From positions 248,001 through 312,000 of the forward strand of contig JAWLHB010000002.1 in NCBI GenBank assembly GCA_041690595.1: a stretch of DNA of 64,000 nt, written 5' to 3'. Both the position numbers and the translations under genes were made by a program. The DNA comes from Lentisphaeria bacterium. GTDB lineage: Bacteria; Verrucomicrobiota; Lentisphaeria; JABSQK01; JAWLHB01. The notes under the pieces are model-generated. The model made no database searches, was not told the origin of the DNA, and saw only the letters and a program-made list of their open reading frames with translations. Each line of letters begins with the position of its first letter. Within the stretch, counting starts at the first letter, position 1. Positions 30,830-40,410 of this stretch are shown here, in pieces.

Positions 30830-31310
30830 AGATCTTCGGATCGATCAGCAAGCCCTCCTCCACCCGCGCCTGAAGCCAGCCATCGATTTCCCCAAGCGGC
30901 ACCCGATGCACCACGATGCCTTCAGATTCCGTGCCGCCCCCTTCGCCGCTCTTCGTCAGCCCGGTCGCAAGATAGATGCTGACCATCTCGTCCGTGATGC
31001 CCGCCGATGGCGGCCCGGACGTTACCAGTTCGAGCCGCTCCGCATCATAACCCGTCTCCTCATGCAATTCCCGCCTCGCCCCCTCCTCCAGTGTCTCCGC
31101 TTCCTGACCGCTCTCGTCGCCAACCAGACCCGCCGGAAGCTCGATCACCCGTTTCCCTACGGGTATCCGAAACTGCTCGTTGAGGACGATCTCCCCCTCG
31201 TCCGTGATCGGCACGATCAGCACGATCCCCGTGATGTTCTCCCGCGTCGCATACTCCCAGCCCTCCTTGCGAACCATACTCACAAACCGGCCGCCATAAA
31301 TCTTTTCCAC
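30765..31310 (-). CDS. Nudix hydrolase (ADP-ribose pyrophosphatase-like)
   Basis: QFRIP...IELPAGLVGD, ARRELHEETG. Confidence 0.9.
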   Translation of the reverse strand: MEKIYGGRFVSMVRKEGWEYATRENITGIVLIVPITDEGEIVLNEQFRIPVGKRVIELPAGLVGDESGQEAETLEEGARRELHEETGYDAERLELVTSGPPSAGITDEMVSIYLATGLTKSGEGGGTESEGIVVHRVPLGEIDGWLQARVEEGLLIDPKIFIGLYFAWRHGLCGEGSRRQS

Positions 31311-31412
31311 CGCTCATTCCCCCTGATGACTTGAAAGCTCTCGCACCGTGAGCTAAACCGTCTAATGTCAGCCCGAAAATCAATCCCGCAAGCCGAAACC
31401 ACACAAGATCCC

Positions 31413-31874
31413 ATGAAACTCGCCACCCTCTGCTACCTGCGTCAGAATAACCAGACGCTGATGCTCCACAGAAACAAAAAACCGAACGACATTCACCAGG
31501 GAAAGTGGAATGGCCTTGGCGGCAAATTCGAACCGGGAGAGACCCCCGAAGGCTGCGCAAGGCGCGAGATCGAAGAAGAATGCGGGCTGGTGGCTCGACA
31601 CCTCCACCTGAAGGGCCTCCTCACCTTCCCCCTTTTCAAGGATGACGAGGACTGGTATGTCTTCCTCTTTCTGGTAACCGCATTCAGCGGCACCCTCCAC
31701 TCATGCGCCGAGGGAGAGTTGCGGTGGATCGACAACGAGCGCCTGCTCGACCTCAACCTGTGGGAAGGAGATAAGCTCTTCATCCCCTTCCTCGACAAAC
31801 CCGGTCACCTCTCCGGCCTCTTCCGTTACCAGCAGGGCAGTCTGGTGGAGCACCACATCATTCACTATCCATAA
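31413..31874 (+). CDS. 8-oxo-dGTP diphosphatase (MutX/MTH1-like Nudix)
   Basis: ATLCY, KWNGLGGKFEPGETPEGCARREIEEECG, LWEGD. Confidence 0.9.
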   Translation: MKLATLCYLRQNNQTLMLHRNKKPNDIHQGKWNGLGGKFEPGETPEGCARREIEEECGLVARHLHLKGLLTFPLFKDDEDWYVFLFLVTAFSGTLHSCAEGELRWIDNERLLDLNLWEGDKLFIPFLDKPGHLSGLFRYQQGSLVEHHIIHYP

Positions 31875-32748
31875 GATCACGCTGCACGACGGAACCAGGC
31901 AGGGTGGAGCTGTCCGGCCACAGCTTGCGCCCCGGATAGATGCTCGTATGAATCCCCGTATGCACGTTGTCACCGATGATAGCTCCAAATTTCCTGCGCC
32001 CTGTGTCGATCAGCTCCCCGCCCACCATGGAGCGATGCGTCCGGCCGTCATGCCGAAAATTGGCCGTGATCGTCCCGGCACCGAAGTTCGTCCCCGTACC
32101 GATAATCGAATCGCCGGCATAGCTCAGATGGCCCATCCCCACCTTGTCCATCAGGATCGACGCCTTGATCTCGACCGCTTGGCCGATGTGGCAACCGTCG
32201 CCGATACTGGTCGGGCCGCGCAGATAGCAGTTCGGCCCGATCTTGCACTCCCTCCCGATGATCACGCACCCCTCCACGTAGACCCCCGGTAAGACGCGAC
32301 TGCCCTCTCCCACGATCAGGATGCCGTCAACTTCCACACGCGGATGCACATCCCCCTCGTAATCACTCCTCTCCAGACGGGCCAGCAGGTGAGCGTTCAC
32401 CTCCAGCAACTCCCAGGGATAGACGATCCGCCAACCGCCCACCTCGGCCACGCCCTCCGGCGCACCGGCAATATAGGCTGCCGTCTCTCCATCCACGGTT
32501 CGCGTACCCGCCCCCTCCGCCGCCAGCGACGCCAGATCCGCTGCATCCATCCAGGCATTGCCATGAAGAACAAGGCCAGCCTCCTCCCCCTCCAGCCCTT
32601 CCACCACCTCCAGCCCGGCAGCGCGCAATTCGTCACGCTGCCACTCGATCAACGGCCGGTTGGCCACCGGACACGCCCCAAGATCCCGGCTCAGCGTCAG
32701 CGGATAACAGGAATCCGGTCTCCCGGCGGGAAGTATCGTCCCTTTCAT
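31858..32748 (-). CDS. GlmU-like hexapeptide acetyltransferase with vestigial nucleotidyltransferase domain
   Basis: YPWELLEVN, IGPNCYLRG, EIKASI, HLSYAGDS, NFGAGTITANFRHD, KFGAIIGD; ATGA-coupled to glmM. Confidence 0.85.
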   Translation of the reverse strand: MKGTILPAGRPDSCYPLTLSRDLGACPVANRPLIEWQRDELRAAGLEVVEGLEGEEAGLVLHGNAWMDAADLASLAAEGAGTRTVDGETAAYIAGAPEGVAEVGGWRIVYPWELLEVNAHLLARLERSDYEGDVHPRVEVDGILIVGEGSRVLPGVYVEGCVIIGRECKIGPNCYLRGPTSIGDGCHIGQAVEIKASILMDKVGMGHLSYAGDSIIGTGTNFGAGTITANFRHDGRTHRSMVGGELIDTGRRKFGAIIGDNVHTGIHTSIYPGRKLWPDSSTLPGSVVQRDLMDSE

Positions 32749-34106
32749 ACCGGCGCAAGCTCCCGTCTCACCGCATCGGCAATGCAGGTCGTCCACTGTT
32801 CCACCAACTCCTCGCTTCGTGCCTCGACGAGGATGCGCAGCAGGTTTTCCGTCCCTGAGTACCGGACCAGGTGCCGTCCCTGGTTACCAAGTTCAAGCGT
32901 GCAGCGCTCGAGAATCTCCCGCACCGCCGCTACCTCGTCGAGATTTCGCTTCTCGCTCACGTGAATATTGACCAGTTTGCTCGGATAGATCGTGATGAAG
33001 TCTGTCAGCTCCGTCAGGCTCTTCTGGCGCTCCTTGAGGATAGCCAGCAACTGCAGGGCGCCGATGATCCCGTCCCCTGTCGTGGCATAGTCCGTGAAGA
33101 TAAGGTGCCCGGAGTCCTCGCCGCCAAACGACAGATCCTGCGCCCGCAACGCCTGCAGCACGTGCCGATCGCCAACCGGCGTCGTCACGATGTCGATCCC
33201 GTGCGTACGCAACGCATCATAGAGGCCCAGATTGCTCATCACCGTCGCCGCTATCCGGTTCTGCTTGAGCCGGTTCTTCCCCTTCAACTCCACCGCCAGC
33301 AATCCAATGATCTTGTTACCATCGATGATCGCGCCATCCCCGTCGCAAAACATTACCCGATCCGCGTCACCGTCAAGCGCTATCCCCACGCTCGCACCAA
33401 AGCTCCGAACCTTCTCCCCCAACTGCCCCAGATGAAGCGCGCCACAGTCCCGGTTGATATTGAAACCATCGGGATCACATCCGAACTTCATCACCTCCGC
33501 TCCCAGCTCGCGGAAGATCAGCGGCCCAAGATGGTAGGCGGCGCCATTGGCACAATCCAGGACGATACGCAGCCCCGAAAGGCTCAGGTTGTCGATCGTG
33601 CTCTTCGCATACTCGATGTAACGACCGCGCGCATCGTCAATTCGGTGAGCCTTGCCGATCTTGTCGTTCGTGATATGCTGGCTGTTGATTTCCCCACCGA
33701 GAACCAGCTCCTCGATCTCCACTTCCAACTCGTCATCCAGCTTCAATCCACGATGATTGAAGATCTTGATCCCGTTGTCGTCCGAAGGATTGTGCGAAGC
33801 CGTGATCATCACCCCCGCCGCCGCCGCCATCGACCGCGTCAGATGCGCCACCGCCGGGGTCGGCATCGGCCCTACCAGGTAGACATCCATCCCCATGCTC
33901 AACATCCCCGCCGTCAACGCCGACTCCAGCATGTAACCGGAAAGCCGGGTATCCTTGCCGATCACCGCACGGCGCGAACCATGGCCACTTGCCTTCAACA
34001 CATGCGCCACCGCCTTGCCCATCTGCAGTGCAACTTCCGGAGTGATCGGAAAGCTATTCGCTTTGCCCCGCACCCCGTCTGTTCCAAATAGCCGTCTTTC
34101 AGCCAC
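32745..34106 (-). CDS. glmM: Phosphoglucosamine mutase
   Basis: FGTDGVRG, GKDTRLSGYM, TASHNP..DNGIK, DGDADR, TTGDG, RYSGTE. Confidence 0.96.
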   Translation of the reverse strand: MAERRLFGTDGVRGKANSFPITPEVALQMGKAVAHVLKASGHGSRRAVIGKDTRLSGYMLESALTAGMLSMGMDVYLVGPMPTPAVAHLTRSMAAAAGVMITASHNPSDDNGIKIFNHRGLKLDDELEVEIEELVLGGEINSQHITNDKIGKAHRIDDARGRYIEYAKSTIDNLSLSGLRIVLDCANGAAYHLGPLIFRELGAEVMKFGCDPDGFNINRDCGALHLGQLGEKVRSFGASVGIALDGDADRVMFCDGDGAIIDGNKIIGLLAVELKGKNRLKQNRIAATVMSNLGLYDALRTHGIDIVTTPVGDRHVLQALRAQDLSFGGEDSGHLIFTDYATTGDGIIGALQLLAILKERQKSLTELTDFITIYPSKLVNIHVSEKRNLDEVAAVREILERCTLELGNQGRHLVRYSGTENLLRILVEARSEELVEQWTTCIADAVRRELAPV

Positions 34107-34146
34107 GCCAACTCCTTATCGCCTGCGCGAATACCTGCTCGTTTCT

Positions 34147-34174
34147 TTGCAACTGTCACTGGAGATACTACAAT
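34147..34174 (+). promoter_or_regulatory. Sigma70-like promoter
   Basis: TTGCAA-N16-TACAAT upstream of lipoprotein genes. Confidence 0.5.
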
Positions 34175-34228
34175 ACTCAACGGCATCACTCACTTCAATC
34201 CGCGCCAACAAGGTCATTCTTCCTGACT

Positions 34229-34831
34229 ATGCGATTCCTCCGTCTCCATCTCCTCCTTGCCCTGGCAGTCCCCCTCACCGGATGCATCCACATGCAGCAG
34301 AAGATTGCCCTCAAGGCCAACAACACCGGCAGCGTCGAACTGCACCTCTCCTTGCCGCTCACCATCTGGACCCAGTTCATCCGCGGAAACGATACGCCAT
34401 ATCATGCCAACTACCGCTGGTTCTTCGATGTCGAAACCGGCAGCGCCGCCTTCCGGAAAATTCCCGGCTTCGCCCTGCGGCAGTACCGCGTCTTCGAGCT
34501 GAACGACCGCATCCATGTTCAGGTGCACGGCGACCTGCGGGACGCCCGCACCGCCCTCGCTCATCCAAGCCTCGGCAGCTTCAACCTTGAGCGCCAGAAT
34601 CAACAACTCATCCTCACCAGGGAGCTGCCCCACGCCGGCGAACTCCACGCCGGCGATTCCACGATGGACTGGAAAGAGCTGACGACCGATCTCCGACTGA
34701 ACCTTTCCATCTCCGCTCCCGGTACCATCGTCGAAAGCACGGCCACCTCTATCGCCAACAACACGGCCGGCTGGAGCTTCAGCGGAGACAATCTGCGCAA
34801 TCCCACTCAGATTTCGGTCGTTTTCCAATGA
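34229..34831 (+). CDS. Putative lipoprotein (LppM-like)
   Basis: Lipobox LTGC; beta-rich; APGTIVESTA. Confidence 0.7.
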   Translation: MRFLRLHLLLALAVPLTGCIHMQQKIALKANNTGSVELHLSLPLTIWTQFIRGNDTPYHANYRWFFDVETGSAAFRKIPGFALRQYRVFELNDRIHVQVHGDLRDARTALAHPSLGSFNLERQNQQLILTRELPHAGELHAGDSTMDWKELTTDLRLNLSISAPGTIVESTATSIANNTAGWSFSGDNLRNPTQISVVFQ

Positions 34832-35259
34832 CCCGCACCTTCTGCAAAACCATCGTGGTCGTCCTGACCCTTGCCGCCCTTACCGGGTGCTGCACACCTC
34901 GACAGCCGGTAATCGTACCAAGACCAGAGCTGCTCGCAACCCCAACCTTGACCCCCGCCGCCATTGCCAACCGAACCTTGACCTCGATCCTCATGCTTTC
35001 CCCCCTCGCAACCGCACCCGGGCTCTCACGACTCCATCTTCCCCCACCGCGAGAGGGAGACCCCGAGATCGTCCTCCAGGCAATGGAACTCCTCCGCCAC
35101 AAGCTGGACCACGAACCCAGGATCCTCATGCTGGATTCGCCCACAAAGGCGGACTACGTGCTCCAACCACGCGTTGATGATGCCACCCTGCTCTTTGAGA
35201 TGCGACGCGCCAATCCCCCCGGCGACGTCGTATGGCGGCACAACCTGCCCCTTCGGTAG
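34828..35259 (+). CDS. Putative lipoprotein
   Basis: Lipobox LTGC; ATGA overlap with upstream gene. Confidence 0.65.
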   Translation: MTRTFCKTIVVVLTLAALTGCCTPRQPVIVPRPELLATPTLTPAAIANRTLTSILMLSPLATAPGLSRLHLPPPREGDPEIVLQAMELLRHKLDHEPRILMLDSPTKADYVLQPRVDDATLLFEMRRANPPGDVVWRHNLPLR

Positions 35260-35449
35260 CACCCGCACCGTGCGGCGGAAATCCTTCCGCATCTGCCGGT
35301 GCCCCGGGCAACGCTCCCGCCCCACCGTCGCCACCCCCAACCATAACTTCCCCTTCTTCCCCCTCTTCCCAACCTGCCCCCACCGCCGCACGCGTGGCGT
35401 TTTGCCACAGCCGACCTGCGCCGAAAGACCTTCGCAGGCAGCATCAAAC

Positions 35450-35490
35450 AAAAAAGCCACGGCAGGGCTTTCTTGGCCCCGCCGTGGCTT
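35450..35490 (-). terminator. Intrinsic terminator of the pilus/secretin operon
   Basis: Minus strand AAGCCACGGCGGGGC-CAAGAAA-GCCCTGCCGTGGCTTTTTT, 15 bp after secretin stop. Confidence 0.85.
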
Positions 35491-35505
35491 GAGAACAACG
35501 CCGAA

Positions 35506-38115
35506 TCAGCGACGGAAGTCGGGCAAGCCGCGAATATCCGACGGACGGATAGGCAGACCGGCAGGATTGACCAACCGGGCGGTCACGAAGACCAGAAGAT
35601 TACGCTTCTCGCTCAACTCACCCTTCATCTTGAACAAACGCCCGAAGACAGGCAGCTCCGACAGCCAGGGCACCTGGTCATCACGCTTGGAGATCACGTC
35701 GCGGATGGTACCACCAAGCACCACCGTCTCACCGTCCCAGACAATGACGCGTGTCTGGATCGAGCGACGCTCGAAAATCGGTACATCGAAGCGGAAGGGG
35801 ATCGTTGACCCCGATACCACCGTCTGCGTATTCCAGGTAGTGTCAAAGCCGATAAACTCGCGAACCACCGGCTCCAACTCCAGATCGATCGAGTAACCGT
35901 CCGCCGCGACGCTCGGCGTCACGCGGAATATCACACCGATCTCCTCGGAATCGCCAAATTCCGGAGTGGACGGTGTGACCGATACCTGACCGCCCGTTGC
36001 CGTGGTGATCTCCGGCTCCGTAAACGATTCCGGGAAACGCCGCTCCTGTACAAAGTCAATGACGGCCGTTACACCGCTCATCGTTGTCACTTTGGGAGCC
36101 GACAACAGGTCCGTGCCCTCCAACTGGTCTATCGCGTAGATCAGCGTCCGGAACTGCAAGTTGTCCAGAATGCTGGTAACGCTCAACAAGTTGCCGGGTG
36201 TCACGCCACCCACTGCCTCACTGATGCCCGCGGACAAGGAACCGCCACCACTGCCAAGTTGATTGTCCACATTGAACTCAAGCCCGCCTGTAATGGCCTG
36301 ATTGTAACCGGTCAAACTCCCATCACTGTGGCGCTTCCCTTCGAACAGCCACTTGAAACCAATCTCATTGAGCGTCGTCTGACGAATCTCGACAAACTTG
36401 GCCTCGATCGTAACCTGAGTTGGCTGGACGTTCAGTTCTCGAAGGATCTCTTCGACTTTGCGCAGACTCTCAGGCGTATTCGTCACAATCAGCTTGCTGG
36501 TCCGAGGATCATGGCTGATCCTGGCACCTTGTGGGAACTCCACGCCAAGGCTCTCGAAGAACTGCCGGGGATCCACAGCCCCACCGGCATCATCGTCATC
36601 GTCATCGTCGTCAGCGAAACCGCCGATGCTGCGAGTAACCTCGGCCCGCATGAAACCAGCGTCAACCGGATAGAAGCGGGTCTCGAGCTGCTCGATCGGT
36701 ATGCTCGGATCGGCAATGATGACCGCATATTGCTCGACACGATACTTCAGATTGCCGCTGTGCGCGATATAACGGATCGCATCCTCAAGCGGAATGTTGT
36801 CCATATCGATCGTGATCGTGGCATCCGCGGTCGGCGTAGGGCCCTGCATATCAGGAGCCGGCTCTCCGCCGATCGGCGGAAAATCTGCCCCGGGATCAAG
36901 CGCACCGCCATCAAAACCGAAATCTCCCTCAGGGAAGGTAAAATCAAGATCATCGACCGCCGGCTCCGTCGCCTCAAAACCCGCTCCGGGCGCTACGCCT
37001 CCAGGTCCCGGCATGCGCAGGATGATATTCACCCCTTCGCCCGTCACATCCAGCTCGCGACTCCGTTCCTTCAAGAAACGTACCACTGTCTGAATCGTCG
37101 CATCGTCAAAAGAAATTCGCGGAATGATGATGGTACGCAGCTTACGGCGAATGCCCTCATCCTCTTCACCGTACGTCGACCGACGGGTGTCCGTTCTCTG
37201 CTGCGTGACCGTCGGCTCCAGCGGCGGCACCGGATCTACCCACTTCCACTCGATCTCAGCAGCCCGCTCGCGAATCATCACGTGGCGACGTGCCTTGGCG
37301 TCCTTGGTCAACTCCTCGTAGATGTTCCGCAGATAGCTGGTCGCCTCGTTGTTGTACTGGTCGCGGATAAGGACTGCCTCAAAACGATCGCGAGCATCCA
37401 TATACCGACGATTGCGAAAGAAAACCTTGCCCTGCTCCAGCAGTATCCGAATATCCCGATCACGCTCCACCTTCTCAGGGTCGACTACATCCGGCAGGGT
37501 CTGCGACCGTATGTCAAGCGCTACACGAGCCGCCTCCACCTTCTCCATCCGTTGACGGATGATCGGACGCAGTTCCTGATTGCGGTCCAAGGCCTGGCGA
37601 TAGAGCCGTTCTGCTTCATCCAGATCAGCGGCACTGCTGGTTTCGTCAGCGGAGGTTACCGCCGCTTCCGCGCGCGCCACCAGATGATCCGCCCACTCCC
37701 GAACAGTAGTCGCGTACAGACGCTCTACCATCGCTACCTTTTCTCGCACGCTGGCGCGAGACTGGGATACGCCGCGGAGAATCTGCTCCGCTTCGATCAG
37801 CACATCGCTGGCGCGCTGATAACCCTCGATCGTCCCTTTGGCCAGCTCGGCTTCAGCCTGGTCGATCAAGTATTGGGCCCGGATCTCCTTTTCTCGCCGC
37901 AGCAGGATCTCCGTTGTAGAGATCTCCTCGGCACTGGATACATCTCCAAGCTCAAGTTCCTCCGTTGGAGCCTCGGCATCCACTGCCGCCTCCGCGCCGA
38001 CATCCTCCGGCAACACACCGCCGGTATCATCAGCCTCCTGCGCGAACAGTGCGCCTGCCACAATCAGCCCGAAAGCCATCAGAACCACTCTTAGCCGCAC
38101 AAGGCAATTAGTCAT
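35506..38115 (-). CDS. Secretin (type II/IV pilus), Amuc_1098-like
   Basis: Signal peptide, TPR-like N-term, QVTIEAKFVEI, LSAPKVTT, DGETVVLGG, VPWLSELPVFGRLF, LLVFVTARLV; GGAGGA RBS. Confidence 0.93.
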   Translation of the reverse strand: MTNCLVRLRVVLMAFGLIVAGALFAQEADDTGGVLPEDVGAEAAVDAEAPTEELELGDVSSAEEISTTEILLRREKEIRAQYLIDQAEAELAKGTIEGYQRASDVLIEAEQILRGVSQSRASVREKVAMVERLYATTVREWADHLVARAEAAVTSADETSSAADLDEAERLYRQALDRNQELRPIIRQRMEKVEAARVALDIRSQTLPDVVDPEKVERDRDIRILLEQGKVFFRNRRYMDARDRFEAVLIRDQYNNEATSYLRNIYEELTKDAKARRHVMIRERAAEIEWKWVDPVPPLEPTVTQQRTDTRRSTYGEEDEGIRRKLRTIIIPRISFDDATIQTVVRFLKERSRELDVTGEGVNIILRMPGPGGVAPGAGFEATEPAVDDLDFTFPEGDFGFDGGALDPGADFPPIGGEPAPDMQGPTPTADATITIDMDNIPLEDAIRYIAHSGNLKYRVEQYAVIIADPSIPIEQLETRFYPVDAGFMRAEVTRSIGGFADDDDDDDDAGGAVDPRQFFESLGVEFPQGARISHDPRTSKLIVTNTPESLRKVEEILRELNVQPTQVTIEAKFVEIRQTTLNEIGFKWLFEGKRHSDGSLTGYNQAITGGLEFNVDNQLGSGGGSLSAGISEAVGGVTPGNLLSVTSILDNLQFRTLIYAIDQLEGTDLLSAPKVTTMSGVTAVIDFVQERRFPESFTEPEITTATGGQVSVTPSTPEFGDSEEIGVIFRVTPSVAADGYSIDLELEPVVREFIGFDTTWNTQTVVSGSTIPFRFDVPIFERRSIQTRVIVWDGETVVLGGTIRDVISKRDDQVPWLSELPVFGRLFKMKGELSEKRNLLVFVTARLVNPAGLPIRPSDIRGLPDFRR

Positions 38116-38263
38116 AGTATCCTCCGTAGTCTTCCAACCCGTTCCGTGTACCACCACCAGCCCGGGCATTGACCTCAGTTTTCTTTAGAATGCAACACCC
38201 GAACCACCAGCATCAATATGGCGTCTCCATACAATACTTTCCAGTCCGAGCTGCAACAGATTG

Positions 38264-39346
38264 TTAACGTTCCTGCTTGTTCAACATATACTCCCGCTTC
38301 ACCGCGTCCGTCAGCGCCTTCACTTCGAAATTCTTGCCGTCATAGTCCTTTGGGTTGGCAGGGTCAGCAAGCTTCCTGGCTATCAGAGCCGAATCGGCCG
38401 AAATCAGCTCGTACTGTTCCGTACGCGGCTGCGAATTGATCATCATCCGCACGGCAAACGGCTGATTCAGCACCGCATTGAAAGTCTGGGGGCGGCTGTA
38501 GTCCGGCGGCAATGTGATCAGCGTGAAGATGGTCCGCCCATGGCTTACCCTCTCCCGCAACGGCACTTCCACCTCATCTTCCTCCTCGCGCTGAATGGTC
38601 GCCACCGGCTTCTGCTGCGCTGGAGCATTCGGATCCGCCTGCTGCATGGTGACGCCCTTCAGAACAAAACCGCCACTGTCCGGAATCGTGTCCCCAATCT
38701 TCACCATGTGGCTGCGCTTGCTCCTGCCGCTATAGATGTCAAACTGAAAATCCCAGGTTGACTGATCCATCGGATTGACCCGGGTCACATTCTGCAGAAT
38801 AAGGGGCAAAGGCGTCTGACGCTGGCTATTCAGATAGACATAGGTGATCAACGCATTCTCATTCGGTTCTTCGATCGTGATCTCTTCGCCGCCCGTGTCG
38901 ATCTTCATTCCACCATCGGATTCTTGGCTCCGGGTCTCAGGATTGAACTGCGTCGTATAATGAACCAGGCTCCGGTCACTGTTCGAGCTGTACATGTAAA
39001 CCGGCGGATCGAAGAGTGAACCTTCACCCTTCGCCATGATATACTGACGCATTTCCACCGAAACAGGTAGCTTGTCGGCTCCTTCCAGCGTCGGCTGCAT
39101 GCCGTCCTGCCACAAGTCTTCACGCGTCAACTTGATCTGAGTGTCGAACTGCTCCTCCTCCAACACCGGTATCGGCTTGTCCTTGAGTTCCAACCCACCA
39201 CCAAGACCGCCGATCGTATCGATCGTCCTGCGCATGCTGAAGGTCTGGTGAATCATCACCCCAGCAAGCACCAACAGCAGGATGCCAAGAATGAGCTTGT
39301 CATAGTAGCCAAGCAGCAAAAGACCGATTTTTTTCAGAGCATCCAT
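38264..39346 (-). CDS. Pilus-associated protein, Amuc_1099-like (PilP position)
   Basis: YYDKLIL then single TM; position between PilO-like gene and secretin. Confidence 0.65.
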   Translation of the reverse strand: MDALKKIGLLLLGYYDKLILGILLLVLAGVMIHQTFSMRRTIDTIGGLGGGLELKDKPIPVLEEEQFDTQIKLTREDLWQDGMQPTLEGADKLPVSVEMRQYIMAKGEGSLFDPPVYMYSSNSDRSLVHYTTQFNPETRSQESDGGMKIDTGGEEITIEEPNENALITYVYLNSQRQTPLPLILQNVTRVNPMDQSTWDFQFDIYSGRSKRSHMVKIGDTIPDSGGFVLKGVTMQQADPNAPAQQKPVATIQREEEDEVEVPLRERVSHGRTIFTLITLPPDYSRPQTFNAVLNQPFAVRMMINSQPRTEQYELISADSALIARKLADPANPKDYDGKNFEVKALTDAVKREYMLNKQER

Positions 39347-39376
39347 AGGTAGCGAGAATCCATCTGGTTGGGGAGC

Positions 39377-40402
39377 CTACTTGAATTCGACATAATCAAT
39401 GGTGATCTCCGCTGTCAGCGTTGCCAACTCATCAAAAACAATGCGTTCCGCACGGGTCAGCTCTCGACGCGCGACGGGGGCGGCGGGAGTTTCGGTTGCC
39501 GGGGGTGTAGCAGCACGGCGGTTCGTGGTGCGACGCGTCCCGGGATTGGGAGGACGCGCGCCCGGCGGCAACCCCGCATCATAAGGATTCATCCCAGGAT
39601 CCATCATCCCCTCTGGTCCAATCATCATGGCGGCGTCCGGATTACTCTCAGGGGCCGCACCTTCGACGGCCGGAGCGAGCGGATAGATAAGGTTTTGCGT
39701 CATATCTCTGGGCGCCATGAGTGCGACCCTCTGGACAATGAAACAGAAGCGGGACGTACTGATTTCGTTGATAAACGTGCGGATCTGCTCGATGTTGCCC
39801 GAAACTTTCAGATTGTAGCGCACATGACTGTAGAAATCCTTGTCGGTCATTTCAAGAGACTCGCCCCCCTCTCTCGAAAGCTGCTGCAGCTCCTTGAGCT
39901 GCGCACGCTCGATCTTCGCCACAAACTCCTCGACAATATCCAACTGCTTCTGAAGACGCCTGATCTCTCCCGTCGACGGCAGCTTGTCCCCCTCCGCAAA
40001 CTTGCCGAAGGTAAACCAGCGTATGCTCGTCTGCACATCCGCAAGCTGATCGCGGAACTTCTGGCACTTCGCCAACAGAATCCGCTTCATGTCGATCGCA
40101 TGAAGATCCTTGTAATCCAGAACCCGAAACTCCTGACTGAGCAGACCACGCAGATTCTCCACCTGCGCCTTCGCCTTCTCCGCATTCTGAGCCGCCACTT
40201 CCGCATTGGTCTTGGTCAACGCAAACGGTATGTTGGTCAGGCGACGCTGCGTTTCAACAACATCCTGAACCCGTGACTCCGATTCCTTCAACGCCGCGTG
40301 GCTCTGGCTGACCTTCCAGCCCAGCCAGCCCGTGGCCAGGATGGTCACCACCAGGGCGATGATCACAACGAGATTCTTCTTGATAAAATCGGCAAAATCC
40401 AT
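39377..40402 (-). CDS. Amuc_1100-like/PilO-like protein
   Basis: N-terminal TM, coiled coil, YNLKVSG..EQIRTFINEI, IDYVEF C-terminus; synteny. Confidence 0.72.
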   Translation of the reverse strand: MDFADFIKKNLVVIIALVVTILATGWLGWKVSQSHAALKESESRVQDVVETQRRLTNIPFALTKTNAEVAAQNAEKAKAQVENLRGLLSQEFRVLDYKDLHAIDMKRILLAKCQKFRDQLADVQTSIRWFTFGKFAEGDKLPSTGEIRRLQKQLDIVEEFVAKIERAQLKELQQLSREGGESLEMTDKDFYSHVRYNLKVSGNIEQIRTFINEISTSRFCFIVQRVALMAPRDMTQNLIYPLAPAVEGAAPESNPDAAMMIGPEGMMDPGMNPYDAGLPPGARPPNPGTRRTTNRRAATPPATETPAAPVARRELTRAERIVFDELATLTAEITIDYVEFK

Positions 40403-40410
40403 ATACGCTC

